From NCBI GenBank assembly GCA_046756305.1, contig JBHHWB010000005.1, positions 9,088 to 73,087 of the forward strand: a DNA stretch of 64,000 nucleotides. Reading direction: 5' to 3'. The notes beneath the pieces are model-generated. The model searched no databases. It saw only the letters and a list, made by a program, of their open reading frames with translations, and was not told the origin of the DNA. How positions within the stretch are numbered: the stretch's first letter is position 1; each line of letters begins with the position of its first letter. The DNA comes from Gemmatimonadota bacterium. Its GTDB lineage: Bacteria > Gemmatimonadota > Gemmatimonadetes > Longimicrobiales > Gaopeijiaceae. The position numbers were made by a program, and so were the translations under genes. Below, one piece after another: positions 6,992 through 15,772 of the stretch.

Positions 6992-8890
6992 TTAACGGTT
7001 CGTGGACTGGGTTTTCTGGAGCTGGGCCCGGTAGTTCTCCAGGGGGATGATCCCCTTCTCCAACCAGGTGAAGCGGCCGTCGAGGACGCCCTGGGCCACG
7101 CGGTAGGTGGCCGCGTCGTCGTTGTCGAAGAGGGCGTCGAAGGATGCGCGGATGCGTCGTCGCGCGTGGCGGCAGTAAAGGTCGGCCAGCGTCACGGGCG
7201 AGGTGTCGTCGGGATCTTCCCGGTGGAGAATGCGTGCGCGGACGCACGCAGAGGTCATGACGAAGAGCTCGGTGCCGATGTCCACGATACGGCCCAGGAC
7301 GGCCTGCCTCTGCTCCAGCCGCGGCCCGAAGCGGACCATGGCGTGGAAGGTCGCACGGGCCAGCTTGCGGGACGTGCTGTGGACGAAGCGCAGGTGGCCG
7401 GCCAGGGGGCCGAAGCCGGCGTAGCGGGGCCAGAAGCTCCAACCGAGGAAGCGCGTGGGATACCACCAGGCGTAGAAGAATCCGGCCCGCACCAGGGCGG
7501 CCAGCTTGGCGCCGGCGGGGGCCTTGGGGTTCACCAGATCCCCGGCGACGTCCAGGTGCTGATCCACGGCTTCCCGTGCGATGAAGAGGCGCATGATCTC
7601 CGAGGAACCCTCAAAGATCGTGTTGATACGCATATCCCGCACATACCGCTCGATGGGGTAAGGGATCTCGCCCCGGGCGAGGAGGGAGTCATGGGTCTCA
7701 TAGCCTCGACCTCCGCGAATCTGGAGCGCGTCGTTCACGATCCTCCACCCCACCTCGGTACCCCACATCTTGGCCATAGCGGCCTCGAGGCGGATGTCGA
7801 AGTCGCCGGAATCGGCCATGGCCGAGGCCAGCTCCACCATGGCTTCCATGGCGAAGGTGTCAGCGGCCATCCTTCCGATCATCTGAGCGACCGCGTCGTG
7901 CTTGCCCACGGGGCGTCCCCATTGCACCCGCTCGCCGGCCCAGTGGCGCACCATGTCCAGGGAGCCCTTGCCCGCGGCGGCGCAGAAGGCGGGCAGGGCC
8001 AGCCGACCCGTGTTGAGGGTGATGAGGGCGAGCTTCAGGCCCTTGCCCTCCCCCCAGACGACGTTTTCCCGCGGCACCTTCACGTCGGTGAAGCGCAGGA
8101 CACCGTTGGAAAGCCCCTTCAGGCCCATGAAGTGGCAGTGGTGAGCGACCTCCACGCCTTCCCAACTCGTTTCAACCACGAAGGCGGTGATGGGGCGCCG
8201 TGTCGAACCCTCGGGCGCCGGGGTACGCGCCATGACGATGAGGACGTCGGCGCGGGGGCCGTTGGTGGTCCAGAGCTTCTCTCCATTGAGGATCCAGTGC
8301 GTGCCGTCTTCGGAGAGCTCGGCATGGGTGGCCATGTTGGCGGGGTCGGAGCCGACGTCGGCCTCGGTGAGAGCGAAGCCCGAGAGCTCACCTCGCGCCA
8401 GCCGGGGAAGATATTTCCGCTTCTGTTCCTCCGTTCCGAACTTCAGAATGGGGCCCGGGACGCCGATGGACTGGTGCGCGGAGAGGTACGCCCCGGTGCT
8501 TCCGCAGCGGGAGGCCACGATGGCCAGCGCCCGGTTGTAGGTGCGCTGAGAAAAGCCCAGGCCGCCATACTCCTGCGGGATCTTGATGCCGAAGGCCCCC
8601 ACCTCGGCAAGGCCGTCGAGAACCTCCTGGGGCACGACGCCTTCGCGGTCGATGGCGTCTCCGTCGATGTGATCGCGGGCGAACTCCTTGAGGCGGGCCA
8701 GGAACTCGGCGGCCCGCGCCTCCTCCTCGGGGTCGGGGGCGGGCGGCGGGTAGAGGAGGTCGAGCTGGAATCGGCCCTCGAAAAGGGCCCGGGCGAAGCT
8801 GCGCCGTTCCCAGTCCTTTTCCCGCGCAGCTTCTGCGACCTCGCGGGCTTCGTGTTCGCTGGCGAGCTTGGAAGGATCACCGTGAGCCAT
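6992..8890 (-). CDS. Long-form acyl-CoA dehydrogenase (VLCAD/ACAD9-like with C-terminal extension)
   Basis: Start placed at MAHGDPSK (ATG at 8890), which has GGAG 6-9 nt upstream. Earlier starts at 8905 or 8926 are possible. ACAD motifs: GAFGIKIPQEYGGLGFS, GFALTEADVGSDPANM, WILNGEKLWTTNG, LQIRGGRGYE, TIFEGSSEIM. Confidence 0.88.
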   Translation of the reverse strand: MAHGDPSKLASEHEAREVAEAAREKDWERRSFARALFEGRFQLDLLYPPPAPDPEEEARAAEFLARLKEFARDHIDGDAIDREGVVPQEVLDGLAEVGAFGIKIPQEYGGLGFSQRTYNRALAIVASRCGSTGAYLSAHQSIGVPGPILKFGTEEQKRKYLPRLARGELSGFALTEADVGSDPANMATHAELSEDGTHWILNGEKLWTTNGPRADVLIVMARTPAPEGSTRRPITAFVVETSWEGVEVAHHCHFMGLKGLSNGVLRFTDVKVPRENVVWGEGKGLKLALITLNTGRLALPAFCAAAGKGSLDMVRHWAGERVQWGRPVGKHDAVAQMIGRMAADTFAMEAMVELASAMADSGDFDIRLEAAMAKMWGTEVGWRIVNDALQIRGGRGYETHDSLLARGEIPYPIERYVRDMRINTIFEGSSEIMRLFIAREAVDQHLDVAGDLVNPKAPAGAKLAALVRAGFFYAWWYPTRFLGWSFWPRYAGFGPLAGHLRFVHSTSRKLARATFHAMVRFGPRLEQRQAVLGRIVDIGTELFVMTSACVRARILHREDPDDTSPVTLADLYCRHARRRIRASFDALFDNDDAATYRVAQGVLDGRFTWLEKGIIPLENYRAQLQKTQSTNR

Positions 8891-8978
8891 GAAGCTGCTC
8901 CTCATGCCGAGGGAATCGAAGACCACACGGTGAATCTAACACGGGGGCGGAGCCGGAGGGTCCTGGGGAGGAGCCTGT

Positions 8979-10277
8979 TCAAGCATGGATGGGCTCATGG
9001 AGAAAGGCTTCGATCTCGTCGGCCCGGGCCTGGGCGTCATTCTCCCCGATCTCCATGAGCGCCCGCAGGTAGTCGGGCTGAAACATGACCAGGCTCAGGA
9101 AGTCGGGGCTGCGGGTCTGCTTCGTGCCCAATCCCCGTGTGAAGAAGCGGAAGGCCGGCGGGAGCTGGGCTTCGAAGTCGCCGGCGAGCATCCCCAGATC
9201 CACCGACGGCCGCAGCACGAGCAGCTTCACCGGCCGCAGCCCCTTGCGCTTCTCCTCCGGGAGCTGCTCGAGGAGGTAATTGAGGCGTTCCAGGCGGAGC
9301 GCGTCGGCGTCGAGAAGGTCCAGGAAAATGGAGTTGAGGAGCACACCCACGATCTGAGCGGGAGGCGGGTACCCGAAGACGGCGGGCGTATCCGCCTCCT
9401 CCGGGGTGCGGGCATAGCGGGTGGAGATGGCCATGATGCGGCGGGCGCCCAGATGGAGGACGGGGGAAAGGGGGGCCGTGAGGCGGATTCCCCCGTCCCC
9501 GTACCACTGCTCACCGATGCGCACGGCGGGGAAGAGGAGCGGAAGCGCCGCGGAAGCCATGACATGCTCCACCGTAAGGACCGTTTTGCGGGCGTGGCGG
9601 TAGGGACGCTCCCACTCTCCGATGTCGTGCCCCTGGAACCAGGTGACGGACTGGCCGGTGGAGTAGCTGGAGGTGCTCAGGGCCACGGCCCGCAGGCGGC
9701 CATTCTCCAGATTGTATCCGATGCCCGTCAGCTCGCCATCGACGGCGTGAAGAACATCGGTGAGATAGCGCCGCAGCGGTCCCGTATCCACGAGACCGCG
9801 GACGCGGGGAGGGCCTCCCAGGCCGCCCGAAACGAGCTGCCATCCCCATCGCAGGGCATTGAATGCCAGGGAGCGAACGTCCACCCGAAAGACGTCCTTC
9901 ACGCACAGATTCCCCCACAGGTGCGTGAGCTCCTCCACGGCCTGGAGAAAGGTGCCGTGGTGGGCCGCCAGGTGCGCCGCGTTGATGGCTCCGGCGGAGA
10001 CGCCCGTGACATAGGGCACGCGCAGCTCAGGGAAGCGGCGTGCTACGCAGCGCAGGAATCCCACCTGGTAGGCCGCTCGCGCGCCTCCTCCGCCCATGAC
10101 CATGCCCAGATCTCCCGGACCGGGCGTATGGACGGCGTTGGCGAGCTCTTCCAGAGGCGGGATGCCTCGGGCCCCTGTCATGACGACAGCCCCATGCAGT
10201 GCGACTCCCCTTCCGGCGCGGCCGGGGAACGGGTGGCGGACGTAGCGAGCGGGAGGACCAAAGGAAGCTCCGCTCAT
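8979..10277 (-). CDS. Patatin-like phospholipase
   Basis: Oxyanion motif GGGGARAAYQVGFL and nucleophile elbow GVSAGAINAA, followed later by DGG. The start may be internal (MTGARG at 10181). Confidence 0.85.
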   Translation of the reverse strand: MSGASFGPPARYVRHPFPGRAGRGVALHGAVVMTGARGIPPLEELANAVHTPGPGDLGMVMGGGGARAAYQVGFLRCVARRFPELRVPYVTGVSAGAINAAHLAAHHGTFLQAVEELTHLWGNLCVKDVFRVDVRSLAFNALRWGWQLVSGGLGGPPRVRGLVDTGPLRRYLTDVLHAVDGELTGIGYNLENGRLRAVALSTSSYSTGQSVTWFQGHDIGEWERPYRHARKTVLTVEHVMASAALPLLFPAVRIGEQWYGDGGIRLTAPLSPVLHLGARRIMAISTRYARTPEEADTPAVFGYPPPAQIVGVLLNSIFLDLLDADALRLERLNYLLEQLPEEKRKGLRPVKLLVLRPSVDLGMLAGDFEAQLPPAFRFFTRGLGTKQTRSPDFLSLVMFQPDYLRALMEIGENDAQARADEIEAFLHEPIHA

Positions 10278-10386
10278 GCCTCTTTCAAGTCAATGTAGAT
10301 GGGGGTGTGGTTGATGCCGGGCCGCATCTGTTGCACCTTGGCCGAATCCAACCACACCCACCGCCGGGACCAGACGAGAAAGGCAC

Positions 10387-10866
10387 ATGCGACCGAAACC
10401 GTTCCCGCTCCTCGCCGGACTTCTCCTCATGGCCGGGTGCCTGAGCTACGTGCCCACCGAGCTGGACCAGGTGAAGCCCCACGAAAAGATCCGCATCGGC
10501 GTGGATGCCGCCCAGTTGGGCCGCCTGGCCGCATATGCCGACGGGGCCCGCGGCACCGTGGAGGGGGAGTTTCTGGGGGTCGCCGGTGATTCCGTCCGCC
10601 TCGTCCTGCGCACACCCGCGTCGTATCGTGAGGTGGGCGTTCCGTTGAACGCCGTACGGCACGTACGCCTGCGCCGGGTGGACAACACGAAAAGTTTCGT
10701 GCTGTCGGCGGTGGCCGTGGCGGGCGTGGGATACCTGGCCTGGCAGGGGTTCAGCGGCGGAGGGAACCGGGGAACCGGGAATGAGGGTGTGGTGGATGAA
10801 TCCCTCATCCCCCTCTACTCCTTCCGTCTTCCCGGGGGACTGAACCTGGTGCTGGGCGGACGCTGA
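10387..10866 (+). CDS. Hypothetical lipoprotein
   Basis: MRPKPFPLLAGLLLMAGC is a lipobox signal peptide. A second hydrophobic segment is FVLSAVAVAGVGYLAW. No recognisable domain. Confidence 0.6.
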   Translation: MRPKPFPLLAGLLLMAGCLSYVPTELDQVKPHEKIRIGVDAAQLGRLAAYADGARGTVEGEFLGVAGDSVRLVLRTPASYREVGVPLNAVRHVRLRRVDNTKSFVLSAVAVAGVGYLAWQGFSGGGNRGTGNEGVVDESLIPLYSFRLPGGLNLVLGGR

Positions 10867-10867
10867 A

Positions 10868-10896
10868 GACGGTCCGCCGCGGCCGCGGCGCCCGTC
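10868..10896. terminator. GC hairpin between convergent genes (possible bidirectional terminator)
   Basis: gacgg-tc-cgccgcgg/ccgcggcg-cc-cgtc. It contains a perfect 16-bp palindrome cgccgcggccgcggcg and starts 2 nt after the stop at 10864-10866. No U-tract. Confidence 0.4.
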
Positions 10897-10906
10897 CCCC
10901 GACCCT

Positions 10907-11293
10907 TCAGCCCACCACCGGCCTCCCCAGGGCGAGCGTCCCCACCGCCACCAGCGCCAGGGCGACGAGGGTGGCCACCAGGTAGGGGGCGTACGTGCGC
11001 TCCTCGGGAGGTCGGCGCCGCATGACGGCGGGAACCACGTGGGAGACGGCCGTGGCCAGCACCATGGTCACCGCGTGGGTGCCGACGGCTCCGTAGAAAC
11101 GCCCGCCGAAGAGGAGCGCCACGCCCAGGATGGCGGTCACGTCCATGGCCGCGCGGAAGGCCACGGCCAGGCGGTCCATGGTGCGGTCGTGGGGCGCGTG
11201 GCGAACCAGACCCCACAGGGCGTATCCCACGGTGGCCAGGCCCGCCAGGAGGGCCAGGTAGCGAAATCCCGAATGAAGGTGGAGGAAGAACAT
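10907..11293 (-). CDS. Hypothetical 4-TM membrane protein
   Basis: Track ORF 10907..11659 trimmed to MFFLHLHSGFRYLALLAG (ATG 11293-11291). That ATG overlaps the TGA of the upstream serine hydrolase gene by 1 nt (TGATG). The protein is hydrophobic throughout. Confidence 0.6.
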   Translation of the reverse strand: MFFLHLHSGFRYLALLAGLATVGYALWGLVRHAPHDRTMDRLAVAFRAAMDVTAILGVALLFGGRFYGAVGTHAVTMVLATAVSHVVPAVMRRRPPEERTYAPYLVATLVALALVAVGTLALGRPVVG

Positions 11294-12507
11294 CAGCGTG
11301 GCGCTCCGGCGGGAGCCGCAGCCGCGGCGTGGGAGAAGTAGGACGCGATGGCGCGGGCGCTCTCGACGTGGCGCACGCTCTGGAGGTTGGTGAGGATGGC
11401 TACGACGACGCCGTCCTCGGGCCAGATCATGAGAATGGTGCTCCCGCCCACGGCACCGCCGGTGTGCCACACCTGGCGGCGCCCGTCCACCACGCGGGAA
11501 CTCCATCCGATCCCGTACCCGGTGGACGTGCCATCCCGGGTACGCTGAGGCGTCCACAGGAGGTCCCGGGTGGAGGGATCCATGAGGGTGTCGTCGAGGT
11601 AGGCCAGGCCGTACCGAACCAGATCCCGGGCGGTGGAGAGGTAGCCGCCGCCCGCCCACTTGTTGCTGTTGTCCACCCAGGGCGCATTGAGGAGGCGCCC
11701 TTCACCGTCGCGCACGTAATAGCGGGCCCGGTGGGCGATGAGAGAGTTGGTGTGCTCGGCGACGGTTTCCTTCATGCCGGCCGGTTGGAGCACGCGTCGC
11801 CGCATGAACTGGAGAAAGTGCTCTTCGGCCGCTCCCTGGACTACGGCGCTGATGAGATTCCACCCGTAGGTGGAGTAGCTGTAGCGGGTGCCGGGTTCGA
11901 AGAGAAGCGTGTCGTCTGCGAAGATCTCCAGGGCGTCCACCACGTCGGTGTAGTGCTTGCGGTTGAGGAACTCGAGGCCGTGGTAGTGGCGCACGCCGGC
12001 CAGATGCCCGCCCAGGAGACGCGTGGTCACGGGCCACCGTTTGCGGGGAAAGTCGGGGACGTACCGCTGGACGGGCGCGTCCAGGTCCAGGCGCCCCTCC
12101 TCCACGAGGATGCCCACCGCAGCCGCCGTCAGCGCCTTGGAGATGGAGGCGATGCGAAAGCGGGTTTCCGGGGCCACGGGGAGGCGGTTCTCCACGTCGG
12201 CCCAACCGAAACCCTCGCTCCAGACCACGCCTCCGGAGATGCCTCCCGTCCCGCCCTCCGCGCTCGGAGCGCCTCGGCGTACACCCACCGCCACGGACCA
12301 GCCCGGGATTCCCAGACTGTCCATACGGGCGCGTGTGACGGCCCGGGCGCTGTCCACGGCCGCGCTCCACAGACCCCACCCCGGGGCCTCGGCCATGGGA
12401 GCCAGACGCTGGGCGGCGGAAGGAGCGGGAAGCAATACGAAGACAAAGGCGACAGCGAAAACCGCCGGAGCCCTGCGTGTGTCGGGTTTTCCAGCCCGGA
12501 AGATCAC
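11293..12507 (-). CDS. Beta-lactamase-fold serine hydrolase (class C / esterase-like)
   Basis: 404 aa with signal peptide VFAVAFVFVLLPAPSAAQ. SxxK motif in FRIASISKALTAAAVG, a YSTYGW block, and HTGGAVGGS near the C-terminus. GTG start with GGAG upstream. Confidence 0.85.
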   Translation of the reverse strand: MIFRAGKPDTRRAPAVFAVAFVFVLLPAPSAAQRLAPMAEAPGWGLWSAAVDSARAVTRARMDSLGIPGWSVAVGVRRGAPSAEGGTGGISGGVVWSEGFGWADVENRLPVAPETRFRIASISKALTAAAVGILVEEGRLDLDAPVQRYVPDFPRKRWPVTTRLLGGHLAGVRHYHGLEFLNRKHYTDVVDALEIFADDTLLFEPGTRYSYSTYGWNLISAVVQGAAEEHFLQFMRRRVLQPAGMKETVAEHTNSLIAHRARYYVRDGEGRLLNAPWVDNSNKWAGGGYLSTARDLVRYGLAYLDDTLMDPSTRDLLWTPQRTRDGTSTGYGIGWSSRVVDGRRQVWHTGGAVGGSTILMIWPEDGVVVAILTNLQSVRHVESARAIASYFSHAAAAAPAGAPR

Positions 12508-12762
12508 GACATTTCTCCGTTGAATAAGTATTCAGTAGAGGGGTGGCGCGATTCTGCCACCCCACCTACCTTGGCCCGCGACAACGATACATCGGGACCG
12601 GAACCGGGTCACCCCCAAGGGTGCCACGGGACTGTGGCCGACCCGGGATTTGTGCTGTTTGTGCACGAAGTCAAACCGGACTTATTATCGTTGCGTGCTT
12701 TTTCTAGACGTCCGCCCGGTGGATGCCGGCGGACCTGTGTACTTCCGGGCAGAGGAGGCCCC

Positions 12763-15756
12763 ATGTCCCCACGCGATGTTCGCAACGGACACCTCCGTCG
12801 TGCCACACGCGCCTTCGCCATTGCCGCGTTGGCCCTGTCGCCATGGCTTGCAGGAGATGCCATGGCACAGGCCACCGGTACGGTGACGGGAACGGTGCGG
12901 GATGCCACCAACGGCCAGCCCATCGCGGGCGCCCAGGTGAGCATCCCCAGCCTTAATCTTGGCGCGTTGGCCAACAACGTAGGTCGGTACCTGCTGTTGA
13001 ACGTTCCAGCGGGTACCCACACGGTTCAGGTTCAGTACATCGGGTACGGAACCGAAACCATGGAAGTGACGGTGGCCGGTGGACAGACGGTAACCGCCGA
13101 CTTCCGTCTTCGCTCCGAGGCCATCAGCCTCGAAGGCGTGGTGGTGACCGGCACCGCCGGTGCGGCTCGCCGGCGTGAGATCGGCAACTCCATCACGCAG
13201 ATCAATCAATCGGCCATCGAGGCTGCGCCCATCGACGACGTGGGTGACATTCTCCAGGGCCGAGCCGTGGGCGTCACGGTGCTCGACAACTCGGGCCAGG
13301 TCGGCGCGGGGAACACCATCCGCCTGCGTGGCAACAACTCGGTGACCCAGGGCAACTCGCCGCTCATCTACGTGGACGGCGTGCGCATCCGGAACACCGC
13401 CTATCCCGGCGACCCGGAGAACAACCAGGCCCCCAGCCCCCTGAACGACATCAACCCCAACGACATCGAGCGGGTCGAAGTCATCAAGGGTGCCGCCGCC
13501 ACGACGCTGTACGGCACGGAAGCCGCCGGCGGTGTGATCCAGATCTTCACCAAGCGGGGCACGTCCGGAGCTGCGGCATGGTCGCTCTCCGTGGACCAGG
13601 GCATCAACAACCTGGGCCACATCGGTCCCGATGCGAGCATCAACCCCACGGGGCTGGGCCTCAACAAGTGCAACAGCAATGAGGATCCCATGTTCCCGGC
13701 CGACCCGAGCTGCCCCGAGAGCGGTTCCTGGCTGAAGAACGGCTACATCCAGAAGTACAACCTCTCCGTGCGCGGCGGCGCCGAGCGTCTCAACTACTTC
13801 ATGTCCGCTTCCTGGGGCAACGAGCGCGGCGTCTTCGACACGGGCAAGGATCCGGAGACGGGTGAGCCCCGCAAGGACCAGGGGCAGAAGTCCTGGAGCC
13901 TGCGCGGAAACTTCAGCTTTTCGCCTATCGAGGAGCTGGACATCCGCTTCAACTCCTTCTACAGCCACAAGAACATTGACTGGGTTCCCGACGGCAACAA
14001 CGCCGAGGGACTCCTCCTCAACGTCTTCCGGGGCGGGAAGGACTATACCAACGATGTGGACGGTAAAGTCCTGGACATGAAGCTGAACAACCTGGTGGAT
14101 CACTTCGTTACCGGCGTGAACCTCCTGTACAACCCGGGCATGGGCATGACCCACCGCCTGAACGCCGGCCTCGACTGGTCCCGGGCTACGTACTATGAAG
14201 AGCGTCCATGGGGCTTCTTCTACCGGCCCCTGGGCAACCGGGAGGTGGATGACTTCATCACCCGTAAGCTCACCCTGGACTACGCCGGCACGTGGGAGAA
14301 GGACTTCATGGGCGTGGCCTCCAGCTTCTCCTGGGGCGGCCAGCTCTACAACGACTTCGTGAGCGGCATCAACGGCTTCGGTAACGACTTCGCCGGCCCC
14401 GGCGACAAGGTGCTCGAGTCGGGCGCCCGCACCGAAGCGTTCGAGTACAACTCGCGCGTCACCAGCGGCGGCTTCTTCTTCCAGGAGCAGCTCGGCTTCA
14501 AGGACCGCATCTTCGTTACCGCCGGCCTGCGGGTGGACGGCCACTCCGCCTTCGGTAAGGACTTCGGCCTGCAGCCGTACCCGAAGGCTTCCATCTCCTA
14601 CATCATCTCCGACGAGAGCTGGTTCCCCGAGAATTTCGGAACCCTCAAGCTCCGTTCGGCCATCGGTGAATCGGGGAAGGCCCCGGGCACCTTCGACGCC
14701 GTGCGGACGTGGGAGTCGGTTTCCGGTGATGAGGGCCAGCCGGCCGTAACGCCCGACAACCTGGGCAACCCGGACCTGGGTCCCGAGAAGACGCGGGAGT
14801 TCGAGTTCGGCTTCGAGGGCTCCACCCTCAATGATCGGGTGACCTTCGAGTACACCTATTACAACCAGAAAACTTTCGATGCCCTCATCGCCGTGCGGCA
14901 GCTGCCCTCGGCGGGCTTCGTGGGCACCCAGCTCGAAAACGTGGGCGAGGTGCGCAACAAGGGGCATGAAGCCTTCCTCAACATCACGCCCGTGGCGTCG
15001 GACTTCGTGACGTGGGACGTGGGCCTGCGCCTGGCCACGAATAATTCGGAAGTGATTGATCTCGGCGGTCTCGAGTCCATCAACCTGGGCTGGAGGAACT
15101 ACGTCCGCGCGCCCAAGTATGATCCGGGCTACGACGGACCGCTCACCTTCCGCAACGATACCGTCTACTACCCGCTTCCGGTCTTCTGTCACGACAGGGT
15201 GCAGAACCCCGACGAGGTCGGAAAGCCCCAGTACGCCGAGGAGTGCCTCGGACCGACAACGCCCACCAAGACGTATGGAATCAACACCTCCATCACCCTG
15301 GGTGAGCGTCTCACCATCGATGTCCTGGGCGAGGGGCAGGGCGGACACGTTCTTTCCTCGGGTACGGCGTATCAGAACACGCGCCGGAGTGTGTGGCCTC
15401 TGTGCCGCGAGACCTTCGACGCCATCGCCGCCGGCAACAGAGATCAGTTGACCGCGGGTGAGCGTGCGCTGTGTGACCCGGGCCAGACCCGCTACGGGAT
15501 GTGGACCCAGAAGGCGGACTTCTTCAAGATCCGTTCCGCCTCCATCAGCTACCGGGTTCCGGACGACTGGCTGCCGGGCAGCATTCGCGCTGCCACGGTG
15601 CGCCTGCAGGGACGGAATCTGGCCACGTTCACGGACTACCAGGGGATCGATCCCGAGGCGTTCGAAGACGGCTCGCGCGAGGTTCTGTTCCGGCAGGAGT
15701 ACTACAACCTTCCGCCGATTCGGAGCTTCATTTTCTCCGTCAAGGTCGACTTCTAA
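12763..15756 (+). CDS. SusC/RagA-family TonB-dependent outer-membrane transporter
   Basis: Track ORF 11329..15756 trimmed to ATG at 12763, preceded by gaggagg. Signal peptide ends at AMAQ. CarboxypepD_reg domain: TGTVRDATNGQPIAGAQVSI...YIGYGT. Plug: GNSITQI...LQGRAVGV...IRLRGNNSVTQGNSPLIYVDGVRI. Ends in SFIFSVKVDF (terminal Phe). Confidence 0.92.
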   Translation: MSPRDVRNGHLRRATRAFAIAALALSPWLAGDAMAQATGTVTGTVRDATNGQPIAGAQVSIPSLNLGALANNVGRYLLLNVPAGTHTVQVQYIGYGTETMEVTVAGGQTVTADFRLRSEAISLEGVVVTGTAGAARRREIGNSITQINQSAIEAAPIDDVGDILQGRAVGVTVLDNSGQVGAGNTIRLRGNNSVTQGNSPLIYVDGVRIRNTAYPGDPENNQAPSPLNDINPNDIERVEVIKGAAATTLYGTEAAGGVIQIFTKRGTSGAAAWSLSVDQGINNLGHIGPDASINPTGLGLNKCNSNEDPMFPADPSCPESGSWLKNGYIQKYNLSVRGGAERLNYFMSASWGNERGVFDTGKDPETGEPRKDQGQKSWSLRGNFSFSPIEELDIRFNSFYSHKNIDWVPDGNNAEGLLLNVFRGGKDYTNDVDGKVLDMKLNNLVDHFVTGVNLLYNPGMGMTHRLNAGLDWSRATYYEERPWGFFYRPLGNREVDDFITRKLTLDYAGTWEKDFMGVASSFSWGGQLYNDFVSGINGFGNDFAGPGDKVLESGARTEAFEYNSRVTSGGFFFQEQLGFKDRIFVTAGLRVDGHSAFGKDFGLQPYPKASISYIISDESWFPENFGTLKLRSAIGESGKAPGTFDAVRTWESVSGDEGQPAVTPDNLGNPDLGPEKTREFEFGFEGSTLNDRVTFEYTYYNQKTFDALIAVRQLPSAGFVGTQLENVGEVRNKGHEAFLNITPVASDFVTWDVGLRLATNNSEVIDLGGLESINLGWRNYVRAPKYDPGYDGPLTFRNDTVYYPLPVFCHDRVQNPDEVGKPQYAEECLGPTTPTKTYGINTSITLGERLTIDVLGEGQGGHVLSSGTAYQNTRRSVWPLCRETFDAIAAGNRDQLTAGERALCDPGQTRYGMWTQKADFFKIRSASISYRVPDDWLPGSIRAATVRLQGRNLATFTDYQGIDPEAFEDGSREVLFRQEYYNLPPIRSFIFSVKVDF

Positions 15757-15772
15757 GGAGGGATGAAGCGAA

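Noticed and set aside
7166-9058. 630-aa plus-strand ORF
   Set aside because: It is antisense to the acyl-CoA dehydrogenase and the end of the patatin gene. Its composition (Gly/Arg/His/Val-rich) is typical of a shadow frame.
8979-10277. Patatin-like phospholipase as a possible CBASS (CapV-like) defence effector
   Set aside because: There is no CD-NTase or cyclase, no ubiquitin-like accessory gene and no other defence gene nearby. The neighbours are an acyl-CoA dehydrogenase and a divergent lipoprotein. It is best treated as a housekeeping lipase.
11329-12762. First 478 codons of the 1475-aa plus-strand ORF 11329..15756
   Set aside because: This is a 5' over-extension that runs antisense through the beta-lactamase-fold hydrolase gene. 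A good SD (gaggagg) plus ATG at 12763, followed by a signal peptide, marks the real SusC start. I trimmed other ORFs in the same way, including 21824..25336, 28727..32827, 37201..40554, 41138..46282, 52237..54312, 53589..55364, 56531..58006 and 58717..60036.
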